From Perkinsus olseni (taxonomy: Eukaryota), in contig JABANN010000387.1 of assembly GCA_013115125.1 (NCBI GenBank), forward strand, positions 1 through 33,523: a stretch of 33,523 nucleotides of DNA. The letters are read 5' to 3'. Within the stretch, counting starts at the first letter, position 1, and the number at the start of each line of letters is the position of its first letter. The position numbers and the translations under genes are program-made. Below, one piece after another: positions 1 through 12,251 of the stretch. The notes below the pieces were generated by a model that was not told where the DNA came from, ran no database searches, and worked only from the letters and a program-made list of their open reading frames with translations.

Positions 1-1026
1 CGGTTGTGGTTACACCATCCACAACTTCTATTCCTTCGGGTAATAGTGCCGTCCCTACTCGCCCACGCGCTCAGGGCATCCCTTGATGACGAGCACAACC
101 TCGACTAAGGGTTCGCGAAGGTTCAGACTTCTCTACAGCAAGCCCTGGTTGATAAACTTGATATGGACAACCCTGAACTTGACGCCGGTGAGGTCCCTCC
201 CTTGTAGGACGACGACCTATTCCAGGTGCCATCAGGGTCTTCGAAATCGCCTCTGGCCAGCCGCCATGGTCAGGCGACAAGCTGAGCCAGTAGGTGTACC
301 GCAAAGGCTAGCTTTGAAGTACCTTTGGTCAGCGGAGAATGATTCTCCTGGTCAGATCTAATCCGGACTATTTCCGAGTGCTACGAAATAGAGGTTCGGC
401 TTAGCTCACTTGTTTTGAGGAAGTCCTCAAAGAGTAAGGTATACTCGACTGTTTGTACCGTTCCCTATCAAGGATAGTATGGCTTGTTTCCAAGACTGGA
501 ATCTGAACTATTCTAGCGCTGGTTATTCATCAACTGCTGCTGCTTAGCAGCCCCCTGTGCACCAGGTCTCTTTCATGGCGAGCCCTGGATGAGCACAGAC
601 GCGATGGAAGATTCAGCATGGACCCAACATTGCCTCCAAGGAGAACGGAACTGAGACTTCCGGAACTCCAGGCCAGACGCTATGCAGCCCAAGTTCAAGT
701 CGGTCTCCTCTTATTTCTACCATGGAATCCGAACGACTCCTTTGACAATAAGGTCTTCCCTGATACGTCATTTATCGGGACTCCACACTGAAGCTCAACA
801 CTTCAAGTGCTGCTCATAATTCGATGGTGTAGCATCATTGCTGTTGATGCACTGGTATCTTGAAGCTCAAGAATGAGGCCAGTCAACAGGCCATCTTAGA
901 GCCTCTAAGATAGAATAGAATGATGCCATCGTATATCATACTTTTTGTAGATTCAATAGTGAGTTACTCTATTAAGGATTTCTAGAGTCTCGAGTAATAC
1001 CGATCCTCAGTCTTGCGAGGGAGGTA
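1..1026 (+). mobile_element. Degenerate Ty1/copia-like retrotransposon pol 3' end (RT/RNase H remnants) ending in a polypurine tract
   Basis: Broken frames contain YRSLSRIVWLVSKT (~456-497; cf. copia YRSLVGSLLWL..TRPD) and ISTMESE (~713-733; cf. copia RNase H ALSTxEAE). There are many stops and frameshifts. A purine tract GAGGGAGG at ~1017-1024 lies just before a TG start. Confidence 0.5.
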
Positions 1027-1279
1027 TGTGATGGTACTAGCTTCCCTTGGCGAATGCGCTTGCCCTATATCAGACTGAGTCTCGTATGTACCTCTCGATT
1101 ACCATTGTTCTCTCATGTTTCTCTAAGGGACAGTCTTCCCCTTTGCTCTCTGTGCGCTCGCCTACTTATACGCACGCGCATAGCTTATCGCCCCTCAGCT
1201 TAGGCCAGAAGAGGCTTAGGAAAGCTTCCTAAGGCAGCGATCCTAAGAGACTCTGTGCTATTGTCTCTGTATTCCATCA
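1027..1279 (+). repeat. Candidate 3' LTR (~250 bp)
   Basis: Follows the purine tract. Starts (TG)TGATGG (1027/1029) and ends CCATCA (1274-1279), a 6-bp inverted terminus with TG...CA. The partner LTR is not in the window. Confidence 0.45.
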
Positions 1280-2179
1280 GCAGTGGCTGGTTGGAAGGTT
1301 TACTTCGGCATGGACCGAGGGTTAGCATAAGCGAGAGATATCCAAACCCAATATCACTGTTGTGTTCTGATTCACGTTGACCCGTGAGACCGTCGGCGAG
1401 GATCCCCTCAAGGTGGGGAGAATCCTCACGTAAGGGCACTGGTTTTGCTCGAGGACACTCTCCCTCCCTCACATACGCACGAAGCGAGGTAAGAAATTCC
1501 TTCCCCGTGTGTTTTTACGCGCGTTAAAACGGTCGCATTCTTTCGACTCCGCCTTGCGTGAGTGACGCCAGTCTTCCAAATCGTCTAAGTGCTGAGAGGG
1601 ATCATGAGCAGTTCTCGGAAGGACCTGATCATCGGTAGTAGGAAGCGGGCAAGAGCTCGGTGGGGGCGCTGCGAGGGGTTCATTTCGAAATTACTAATTG
1701 CCCAAGGCCAGGGGAATCTTGACGGCGGTGGACTTGGTCTTCCTCGATCCTGTGCCGAGGCTTGGTGTTCCCGAGCACACTACAGTGGCCTGTTGGGCTC
1801 GAGAGGGCCCCAGCTGCTTTATTGTCGCGAAATATTTCATAATTTTAGGAATCGGCGGAATTTTCGTTCAAAAATTTTGTGCGGGTTGGTTGTGGGAGAC
1901 GGGAGCGCGAAGATGCGCCGATCGGCCAGGGGGTGGGCCTGAGGTGCCTCTGAAGGAGAGATCAGTCCGGGCTTCACATTAGTGCTCCGAGGGGCGCTAA
2001 TAGCTTATCCGTGCTGGATTATTTCAGCGTTAGGGCCTCGGAAACAGGGGTGTGACGCGGTGACGCTGTGGGGCTTCCGACCGTCCAGGCCGGAATCTCG
2101 CCGGACTGCCGGCGCACAGCGCACAACCTCGGCTCGAAGTCAGGAGTCGTTTGATGGGTTTGGATGGAGTTGATGGTGT

Positions 2180-3787
2180 GCAGGTCTGAGTTCTCCGGCA
2201 TCTGCGGTGGCCATTTGCTCATACTTTGAGACCTTTGGAGACATCGAGGCTGTGGATCTGTCGGGGATGTTCAACTCGGAATCGTCGAAGCTCAGCGCTG
2301 TATATATTAAGTGAGTTTATACGAGCTCCGCGGATCGAACCGGGGTCGTTTCGAGGACAGCCGTGGCTTGTGCCGTTAGGACATTTGTCCGCAGATATTT
2401 CGACAGCCGGGCGCCTTTCCTGGCGATGAACCATTTGAAGGGCGTAAGCAGCTTTGCCCCGAAGGTAGTCGCCCTGCCACACATCATCCTGACTCCCTGC
2501 CATCTCCGCTCCAGGTGGTCGAGGTGGACCCGCTGGGAACAGGCAAGCCTGAGACAATCGACATCATTAATGTATCCTTACGAGCTAGCCCTCTCTCTTG
2601 CGAGTCGAGGGGCGAAGTTCACATTACTAATTTACGCTGGAAGGTTGGCGAGACTCTGAGTTGTTGCGAGAAGTTCGGTGACATGTAAGTGTCGCAACTT
2701 CCTCGCTGACCCCCCCCCTCGTTCGAGTTCGATCTCCCGCTCAGTGAATTGATCAACGATCATTCCCCGTCATCCTCCTCGGCCTCAGCGTACGCATTGG
2801 ACTTGGACAGCGTGGCAACAACAGTCACTTTCTACGACAGCCGGGCTGCGGACAATTTTCTAAGGGTACGCGGAGCAACCGGCAGATCTCCCGAGGGTGG
2901 TGGGAATCGCGCGTCTTTAAGGTGCTCCAATCGGTGAAGGACATGCGCCGCGCGTCGTGCAGTTTGGGCGAGGAGAAACCCTCGATAGAATCTACGGTAA
3001 GTGGGAGGGGCCGAGGCTCGAACCTGGGCCTTTCGATTATGGAATACGTATCATATCCGCTAGGACATAGTCGTTCTTATGTTTAGGAGAGGAGAGCTAC
3101 GGTACCCGTGCTGACTTCGGGGATGGTGAAGAGACCTTCAGGTGGGCGGCGACAAGTTGATGACCCAGCGTATTATGCAAATCCGCAGCCTTTTTAGATC
3201 TTGTTGCGAGCATGTCGAGCATTCAGTCAGCAGCATTGCGAGATACTCTCCCGCTGCTGCACCACCCTTCAGAGCTGCAATCCCCGACTACCGAAGGCTT
3301 TACTGTGCAGCAAAGACTAGCAGACCTTTTCCGTCAGTACGACAGTTCGGTACACGCTCCCGCCAGCGACAGCGACTTGGCCGAGTATTCGGGAACTCCG
3401 CGAGACGCTAATAGAGTAACTCCAGCCAATGCCGCTGAGACTCTGGCCGTCATCATCGGTAGTCATCATCAGCGGGCTGCAGCGGGGAGCAGCAACAGTG
3501 CAGCCGCGAAGGAGGCGCGGGGCAAACTGGAAATTTCCCTGGCCGAGAAGGCGGCGTTGATGTGCGACACGGTTAGGGAGTGGGGCAAGCCCTTCAGCCC
3601 GCCCCAACCACCGCAAACGACGGTGGGGGAAGGAGGCCAACGGAGTGAAGATGGGGGCGTTGAGGAAATGCAAGATGTGCAAGTGGAGAAAGTTGGGATC
3701 TCCGCCGAACAAGAGGCTGCAACTGTATCGGATACTCCCGCAGTTGTTTCAGGTCGAACTGAGGAGACTCTCACGAGTGACAAGTGA
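2180..3787 (+). CDS. Mei2-like RRM protein paralog with RRM1 and RRM2 only (multi-exon; 5' end unresolved, probably ~1900-2100)
   Basis: Spliced peptides SYFETFGDIEAVDLSG...AVYIK|YFDSRAPFLAMNHLKG and CCEKFGDI|E...VTFYDSRAADNFLR match Mei2 RRM1/RRM2 patterns (FxxFGDI; FYDxRAA). GT-AG introns include 2311-2394. The last long ORF is 3212-3787. Confidence 0.7.
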
Positions 3788-4117
3788 GTCGACGTGCTTC
3801 GAACTCAAAGATACGTCTCGCACGCGAAAGATTCCGTGGTGTCCCTCAGGTCGCGACGAAGAGGTTCTTTCTGAGAGGATTGGCGCTCAGAGATGGTCAT
3901 CTGTCGATTACCCCATGGTTGCCGGATTGCTTTCGCTTTCGACGCCTTCGCCACGGGGGGTACTTTTCCTTAATGCCGTTAATCCCTCTGGAGGCTTGTA
4001 ATGGCGCGTGTCCTCGTTTTCACAAGCTCGTCGTAGCTTCATCTTTGTCTCACAAGTTGGCGAAATTCAGAGTTGCCGAATGGTGGATTCGAACCGGGCT
4101 CTCCTTAGTGTTACTGC

Positions 4118-6787
4118 ATGGCGTCATCCCCTCGGCCTACAAGCACGTCCGCAGATCGCCAGCAGCAGCAGCAGCAGCAGCAGCGTCCGTCGATTACCTC
4201 TGAGATCAGCGAAAGAGGCGGTGGAACTGAAAATCCCGGCCCAATTCCGCACCGGACTGGCGGTGGAAGCGAGGAAGCGTCTATGGAGGCCCCAAGTCTC
4301 GTCTTCCCGCCATACCTCGCACTAGGTACTGCTACCTCGGAATCTTCGACCCCCCCCCCCCGCAGTGATGACCGATGCTCTCCACAGGTATCGGACGACC
4401 AGTCCCATTAAGCATTCTGGCTATGTACTTCGAATCATTCGGTGAGGCGGATTTTTTGGACTGCACCCGAATGCTCACGGAGTCGTCCGACCCCTACGCT
4501 ATCCGACTAAGGTGACGAAAACAACAACAACAACGCCTGGTTCTACTTCTAACACGGATGTTTGCCAGTTTCTTCGACCGCCGAGTGACCGAGCAAGTTT
4601 ATCAACGTCTGCGAGGGGCCTCAAGTGATGACCCACGGGTAAGAAGATCTTAGCCTTCGATGGAAGGGGTTATCTCCCCCTCGCTTCAGTGCGCCGCAAT
4701 CTCGCGCGCTGGGCGGTCATCACAGCTGGCCGCCGAGTCGGGCGGTGGAGCCCCTATGGAGATTATCGCAATTACTTCCTGTCTAATGGTCGATGCGAGG
4801 TGGGCCCTCCGGCGCTGGATGCACACGGCTCACATGCTTGTCAGGTCGTCAAGACTCCGCGCAGCTGCTGACCCGAGAGTCGTCGATGTAGAACTGCTTT
4901 GCTGGTCTCTGCCGGAAGCAGTTGATTGCTGTTCAGAATTCGGAGCGTTGTAAGTAGAATTGTTGGTCGTGGGATTTGAACTCGGGACCTTCGTCGTCGT
5001 CAGGGCATCGGCCAACGGTAGACCCGTGAGTAGACTAATTATGGAAGCTTCTGAACTTTGCCGAGAGGTTGAATTTCACGACAGTCGTGCGGCTGAGGCG
5101 TTCCGCAACGCAGTGAAAGTTCTTGAAGGAGGAGGAGGAGGAGGAGGAGGAACAGCAGAAAGCTCGAGTTTTCCCGGGAGCCGGGAGGAAGCGCCCCAGC
5201 CGCCGCCGCCACCACCACGACCACCACTAAGAACAGCAGCAGGACCTGCAGGTAGGTCCACTGAGACGATTGTAGCTGTTGGACTGTTGCTTTCAACAGC
5301 GGTTCGAGCTGAGCAGCAACCTCCTGCGACACCCCTTCCTACTATCCCGACGGAACCTTTAATTAGTGCACGTACGGAGCCAGGTGGTGGTGGTGGTGAT
5401 GATCTGCTAACGACGACGGCGGGTGTGTTGCAACAGCAACAGCAACAGCCACCGTCACCTCGTCCAACAACAACGACGCCGTGGGGTGAGTTCACTGAAA
5501 AATGGAGCTTCCTGGGTTTGAACTTGATACCTTCAGGTGAACGGTCGGCGACCACTCCTCCGGCACCAAGATATCTGACCAGCCAGGTTGCGAGATCCCT
5601 GGCCCGGTTTTATCGCGCAGTTGGTGTTAGCGATTACAGAGGAGCTGGTGAGGCCTCTTCAAGAGCTCTTGGGCGATTTCTATCGTCGTCTTACCGGTCT
5701 AGGAGTGCCTTCGTCTGCATCTTCGACTGCGATCCAAGCCGCTGCCCCCTCACCGCGAGCAGCAGCGGCATCCACGTCCCCAGTGGTAACCATCCCGGGA
5801 ATGGAAGAATCTCTGCACATTACGGAAGTTGAAGGCGGGCTTGCAGTAACAACAGTAGCTGACGATTTGTGAAAAGTGTGGTATGGAACATTCCTTTCAG
5901 AACCGTACCACAGTGATGGTTAGGAACATACCGCCAGCGTACACTAGTTCGAGGTTGTTGCAAGAGATTCTAGAGACCCTGTAAGAGTACCATCCGTCGC
6001 CCAACTCATAGCGGAAGTATACCAGTGGTGATACTTTGGTAGGTTGGAGCAAGCGGGCGAGGATGAACTGGCGGCAGTAAACGCTGCCGTCGGAGCGCCC
6101 TTCGGAATAGACTTCGTCTATCTGCCCTTTAATCTTAAGAATAGAGCCGGAGTAAGCAGGCCTCGTCGCAGCAGTCCTTCTCCTCACGTTCTTATCATCA
6201 TCATCAGGTAAGTTACGGTTTCGTAAATTTAACGACTCCTGAAGAATTGCTGATCTTCCACGAGAGATTCAACCAGCATGTTTGGAGATCGGGGACGAGC
6301 AGGGCTCACAATGGTGGAGAGCGAAGACCGTGCGAGATGTCAGCGGCCAGGTTGCAAGGACAACAGGCACTGGTAAGGTCCAACGTGCTAAGTTGATGAC
6401 CGATCGTAATTGTCGCTCGTGCATCAGATTGAAGCATTCGTGAATCGTCTCCATGCTAAGTCGGAGCATATTCCTCTGCAAGCTCGTCCTCTGATTTACG
6501 ATCCTCGGGTGGTCCTATCGGCAGCGTCATCATCGTCATCATCCGCAGCTGCGTTGCCACTACCCACAATACCCCGATCGTTCCATGGGCAACAGCAGCA
6601 GCAGCAACGCTCGCCCACAAGTTATCCCGGATTCTCCCCAGTACCACCTCCTTCTGCGGGGTCGTCCCCTACACGATCAACACCGTCACACCACCATCAC
6701 CATCGTTCTCCGACGCGGCTGTATGGTAGTGGCAGGTCGGCTAGAGGCGCCCCCCCTTCCCAACAGTCGCCACGACCACGCGAATAA
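4118..6787 (+). CDS. mei2: Mei2-like RNA-binding protein (RRM1, RRM2 and C-terminal Mei2 RRM3), multi-exon
   Basis: Spliced product includes MYFESFGE...FFDRR and CCSEFGAL|...VEFHDSRAAEAF. It also has the RRM3 signature NRTTVMVRNIPPAYTSSRLLQEI...IDFVYLPFNLKNRAG|VSYGFVNL...SAARLQGQQAL|IEAF...RPLIY (from 5901). The stop is at 6787. Confidence 0.92.
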
Positions 6788-6924
6788 CGCGAAGTGGAGC
6801 TGGTTCTGTTATCTGTTACCCACTATGATGGCTAGAATCAGATTCCGCAACAGCAAAGACCTCTGCCTCATTCTCGTATCATATGGTCGTTGTTGTTCAA
6901 CTTCATCATCTGCCAACATTCTAT

Positions 6925-7132
6925 GCAGATGATGATGATGATGACAGTTTAATTGTACTATGTTAATGATAATAATTAGGCTATTCCATTCTTATATCCA
7001 AGTGTAGGTTTTTACCCATTGGCCGTCAGTAGGAAGTCACCACACAACAGCAGGTGGCACAAGCTTCTCATCATCATGGGTAGAACGCACCGAGTGTAGA
7101 GGCAGCTGCTGCCAGCTGACGAGGTGGCACCT

Positions 7133-7168
<36 letters not shown>

Positions 7169-7630
7169 GCAGCCTGTATGTCGATGATTATCATTGCCAC
7201 TTCACCGGTCTAGACCCCTTGAGCTGGTGTTGTTGATGGATAATGATGATGACGATGATGATGATGATTTTGTATTGCGAGGTCTTGGTCGCTCATGATG
7301 ATAGAGAGAAAGTTTATCTAATGTTGGGTCGTCGTCGTACTACCCCTACTACTACTACTACTACCATCGGTGCTCATCCTGGTCATGGAAACGACTGCTG
7401 TTTCTGCGGTTATGATTCGGAACTCGCCACCACCACCACCACCATCACTACTACTAATCTGTTGACTGTTGACTGTTGACTGTAGGATGAATACGCAAAT
7501 TTGTAAAAAGTTCATCATTATTATTATTTGTAATACCGCAAGAGTCACCGTGTTGTCTCTTATCAGTGGTCGAACCCACCGCTGCCGCTACCATCACTGC
7601 TACTACTACTATTACTACCATCATCACCAC
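6925..7630. repeat. Microsatellite-rich low-complexity region: (GAT)n, (GCAACA)n, (ACT)n, (ACC)n, (CTGTTGA)3
   Basis: Directly visible tandem repeats. No convincing conserved protein in any frame. Confidence 0.7.
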
Positions 7631-7973
7631 AGTCTGTCCCTTCTTGGACATGCCGCAGTGTTGCTGGTTGTTCTCATAATCCTTGCTTTTCCACTACTTT
7701 TTGTGATACTGGTGAGTCTATCACCACATATCCTCCCTTACCATACACTCCCTTACGCGGTCTGTCTTACGACGTCTGACCTGTTAAAGAAGAGGAGAAA
7801 AGATCATCAACGAGGTTTTGGGTTGTCAATCAATCCACGGCTCCCTCTTGCCTCGAGTGTTAGTGCAGTAGGGGTGTATTCGTAGCAGTTTGTCGATTGT
7901 TAAAGCGTGAGGCATTCTCGTATGCGATTCAGCATGCTCCTCTCAGTTTTCGCCTCTTCCCCCTTTTCAGGGT

Positions 7974-9850
7974 ATGGCTCATTATCAACATCACCGCTCA
8001 TCGTCGTTGTTCTATATAGTAGCCTCTCAGGCTCTCACGGGCTTTGACACGCTCGCTATCGCGAGGAGTTGGCCTCCCGGCGTCCTGGCGCCTGACCTGC
8101 TCAACGCCCAAGCAGCACAGATGGCCGCCGTAACGGGTTCCCCGAACTCAGAGAAGTCAGTACGGGCACCGTCCGAGCCAGCACGCTCGCCTGAGCAACA
8201 GCTGCAACAACAGCAACAGCCGCAGCCATTACAGCGGTCAGAGCCGCCACTACAACAGCTGCAGGAATCAAACTTGCCGCTACAACAGGACCCGTCATTA
8301 TCGCTGCAGTGGGACCCGTCACAGCAACATCCTCAGCAACGACAACAGCAACAGCAGCAACAGGAGCCGTCGCTACAACAACAGCCTCAACATCAGCTGC
8401 AAGATCCGCCAGTAAAACAACCATCACAGCAACCGCTGGAGCCGTTCCTACAACAACCGTACCCACCACAGCCACAACAGCAATGGCTACCACAACGACA
8501 GCAGTTACAACAAGAAGGAGGACAGGCGGGAGAACGATATCCCACCACTGGCGGGATGGGCCCCCCACCCGCTGTAGCACCATCAGTACCGCCCCAGCCA
8601 CTTCAACAGCAGCCCATCCCAACGGCACCTAGTCCCCAGCAGCCTGCTCAGCTACAGCCACTGCTTAGTGCACAGCCATTAGTCAATCCAGCGAATTTTA
8701 ATAATGTAGCGTTACAGCGGAGCGAAGCGGAGGATACGCCGAAACCCGCGGCTGAGAATGATACTCGAGGTGGTGAGTTGTTGTTGTTGACATCGGAAAC
8801 GGATCGAACGGGGTTCTGATTTCAGGTGATAATGAGAAAGCGAAGCTAGCCGGTGCTGGCCGTGGTACCTTCTCTTGGTGGTCTTGGCTGCTGATAGTGA
8901 TACTGATCGCCCTTGCCCTCGGGGGCCTTCTCTATTACACTGACTATATGTATCATAACCAACACTACGGCGGTATGCCGAACAAGGTCCTGGGCCTTGT
9001 TGTCTCCGTCGACCTGCGGACTAAGCTAGACCGCTCCTACTATGTGACGGTGCAGTGCGGCAAAGACGAGGAGACGGTGCTTGAAACCTCAGCACGCGGT
9101 GCCTCTGGGGCCATTCATTGGAACGCTCCCTTCCGCTACAGCCTGAGGCCCGAGAAAGCTCGCGATTTGCCCCTGCGAAAAAGCGTTGTGAAAGTTACTC
9201 TTTACCAGAGCAGCGATGAGGGGGCGAAATCCCTGGGCAGCGGGGAGATCTCCTGCAACAACCTCAAGGACGTCCGAATGACCGGCGGAGCGATGGAGAC
9301 TTTCAACGTGAACATCTCGCGTTTCGGCATGGTGACCGTGAAAGCCGGCCTTGGCTTCAGTGGCTGGTCCGAGCAGAAACTCGACAGACTTCATGCGAGC
9401 TGGCGAAAGAAACGATCGGAAGTGTCCTTCTGGACCAGACTGCTTCTAGCACCAGCAGAGGCAGTGCTGTTGATACTGAAGGGCGTCGAGGGTATCACTC
9501 ACCTTCACAACGTCATTCTCTCCACCTACGACCTCTTCTGCGCTGCCACTATCGCCATGCTCACTCTACCGTTCCTACTCAACTATGTCGGACTGAGCAT
9601 GTTCGACAAGTTGAAGTTCAAGGAACTGCGATGGACGTGGGCTACTTACAGCAGCCTTTCCGGGACGGGTGTCCTGCTCTGGCGAGTCCTAGGCACCTTT
9701 CCTGCCTTCTCCCATCTCGCCCTCTACGGTGGCCTTGGCCTGCTTGCCCTCCTCTTCATGTTGGCTGATTTCCGCGGAGAGTCCGGTTCCGGTGTCGTAT
9801 CTCGGGCAGTTGGTAAGGTCGCTGGCTGGTTCGGTGGGCTGCGTTCTTGA
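7974..9850 (+). CDS. Gln/Pro-rich N-terminus, TM helix, C2-like domain and C-terminal multi-pass membrane region (2 exons; intron 8773-8825; start may be ATG 8121)
   Basis: ORFs 7974-8819 and 8897-9850 join in frame through a GT-AG intron (TRG|GDNEKAK...WWSWLLIVILIALALGG). YYVTVQCG...ETS...IHWNAPF...VKVTLY...LGSGEI resembles a C2 beta-sandwich. Several hydrophobic helices follow. Confidence 0.75.
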
Positions 9851-10169
9851 GAAGCCCCTTTGCTGCACATTATGTCGTACCATGATTCGCGCTGTGCTGT
9901 CCGACGGAAATCGACTTGAGCTCCCTGGGGGTCTTCCGTAGACTGCTGCCTCCTCGAGATTTCAGTAAAGCTTTCACGATTCAATTTAACCTGTAGAAGC
10001 TTGACGAGTCTGAGAGCGCTTAACTTAGAAGAGATCTGCTGCACACCCGGACTTTGTGTGTGTCTTAGTCCAACCTCAATTCCCCAGGCTCTTGCTGATA
10101 TGCACAGTTAGGGACCCGGACTGATTCCGCGCCGCCGCCGCCGCCGACGTCTTCGCCTCAGCCATTACT

Positions 10170-11250
10170 ATGTTTGTTATAATACCCGTATTTGCCCTAT
10201 CGCTCTTGCCAGCCCCTGCCGCCCTTGAAAGAAAGCCTGCCGGTCTGAGCTTTGCTGAACCAGTGGTGACAGAAGTGAAGGCGAAGACCTCACTGTTGCA
10301 GTACGAAGGGTTGTTATCTACTCATTCATTCGCTTGCAACTAAGGTTACAGCCAGTGGCTATGCGCGGGTCTCCTTCTCGCCCCTTTCTGCGCTCAGTCT
10401 AGCTGATAGAACAGTGATGCTTGTGATACATCACCGATCGCCACACAGTTGCAGACGTCGTCAAGTGACTGAAATAGTTTGACTATTCTCGCTTCCCCAT
10501 CTCTCGGGCAGTGACGGCAGTCCTGCGCTTCATCATAGCCGAAACTCTTCCCTTCAGGCACTTCCTCCAGCGCGCCCCGCCACCACCGGACGACGGCACC
10601 TTCGACCCGCGATCGGGTCTGCCCGTTGTCACCACTTCAGAAAAATCAAGCAGGTAAGATTTCCTACTGCACTCGGCCCTCTGTGAGGTGCCTCCTCAGA
10701 GAAAGCCAACCCTCTTTTGTGGCGACGAACGAAGATTCCGATCCAAGGGACGATAGCGTAGGCACCCCCGGGCGTGCGGTTTCCGCCAAGTCCGGATGAC
10801 CTTCAGTTTCCTCATCCACCCTCGGAAATATTTAACTCACCTGATTTGAAGGAGAAGCAGGAGGACGTCGACGCCGATGCAGGAAGGCTGGATGATGAGA
10901 GCACAGTGTTCGCCAAGTACGTCTCCTACCGTTGTTCCTACCTATACTTTTTTCCGATGGTTCACTGGAAAGCTTCTCCTACGTGCCGAATCGATTTTTC
11001 TGTCCTCAGTGACTCGCGCGGTGTCGCCTGGGCCCTCCGGCACTCCGAGATGGATAACGATAGGAAGCAGATGAACAGTATAATAAACCGCAGGATGTAC
11101 CGCGACCCGAAGAGAGCTGCTGAGGGGTGAGCGTCCCCTGCGCTTAAGCTCGTGTAATTACGTTTTGTCGCAGACCGTCATGGGAATAACACCGACGTGT
11201 TGGCTGCTGTCCTATCGCGCCCTTGCCCTTGTGTTGCAATCTCTCAATGG
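10170..11250 (+). CDS. Hypothetical multi-exon protein with a predicted signal peptide (3' end approximate)
   Basis: MFVIIPVFALSLLPAPAA starts at 10170. Several GT-AG introns and the acidic ORF 10774-11130 follow. The exon chain is not fully resolved. Confidence 0.4.
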
Positions 11251-11332
11251 TCGACGAATATTGCACCGATGGTGACTGCTTCGCTATCACAGCAAACCGA
11301 TATATCAGCCGTGAGTGATTGATGGTGAATCA

Positions 11333-11818
11333 TAATAAATTCTTTCATTCTAGTCGACAACTCGTACTAGCTCGACGGCACAGTCCTCGCAGTACTGGCA
11401 ATCTCATCACGAGCCGATCTGTCTTCCTGAGGATGGGGTCCTCCGTGCCACCGCTCCGCCACCTCCGCCGGAGTATTTCGACAGAGCTTTCTTCAACCGT
11501 GCTCCTGATGGGAGCATCGAGTCAGATCTCCAGCTCGTCAGTGGTCTCATCATCGAGCGTAAATAGGAGAATAGACGATTCAGATCAGAACCGATCTTCT
11601 AAACCACCCCTTTTCATAAGATGGCTCCCAAGCCGGAATTCTGCCAACCACTCGGCGATCAGCAACAACTTTGCAATATGGTGATGCCCTCGACTCATAA
11701 TTACTCGGCAGATAACGCTTCCAAATGCCCTCTGGACAATCTTATTTGACAGGGCCGTATCAACGCTAGAAAGCGTCCCCAACTTTGCACGTCGGCGTTG
11801 GACTATAAACTCACGCAT
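11333..11818 (-). pseudogene. Interrupted ORF of unknown function with two in-frame TGA codons
   Basis: ORF 11585-11818 continues in the same frame past TGA (DRF*SESSILLFTLDDETTDELEI*LDAPIRSTVEESSVEILRRRW...) for about 80 more codons. Confidence 0.3.
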
Positions 11819-12251
11819 ACCACTTCAAGGCGAACACTTCCTTCTCTCGGGATACAGTGTGGTGATCGAGCCAACTACTTTCGGTGGATAGCACGGCGAT
11901 GAGAACCTTGGCATCAACACAGATTTCTGGAAATCTGCGAGATCATTAAAACGGTCCAAGGATCCCAGCATTTCTTTGGAGCGGTAACCGAGTCGTCTGG
12001 GATTTTCCTCCGACCTGATGGACGAAATTATTGTTTGAGTCGGTCGAATGTATCACACAGGTGGCCGGTGGCACCGGTGCGTAGCTAAGGAGCAAAACTA
12101 CGACCTTTCCGCGATAAATTCTCGGAGTTTACATTCGCGAGCGTTTGAGTCTGTGAAGGCGGTCCGTACCGAACGACCACTATCTCGGCTAGGTCACAAG
12201 CATGGTGAATCACCATGAATCACCAGGTCACACCATGGCCTCTGAGCTAGA

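Noticed and set aside
1283-1300. Primer-binding site after the candidate LTR
   Set aside because: TGGCTGGTTGG could not be matched to a tRNA 3' end, and the preceding purine tract argues for a 3' LTR.
7012-7885. Several ORFs in the microsatellite region
   Set aside because: Open frames are explained by trinucleotide repeats; no consistent spliced product was recovered.
8101-8632. Overlapping Thr/Ala-rich and Val/Ala-rich ORFs
   Set aside because: Shadow frames of the CAG/CAA poly-Gln exon.
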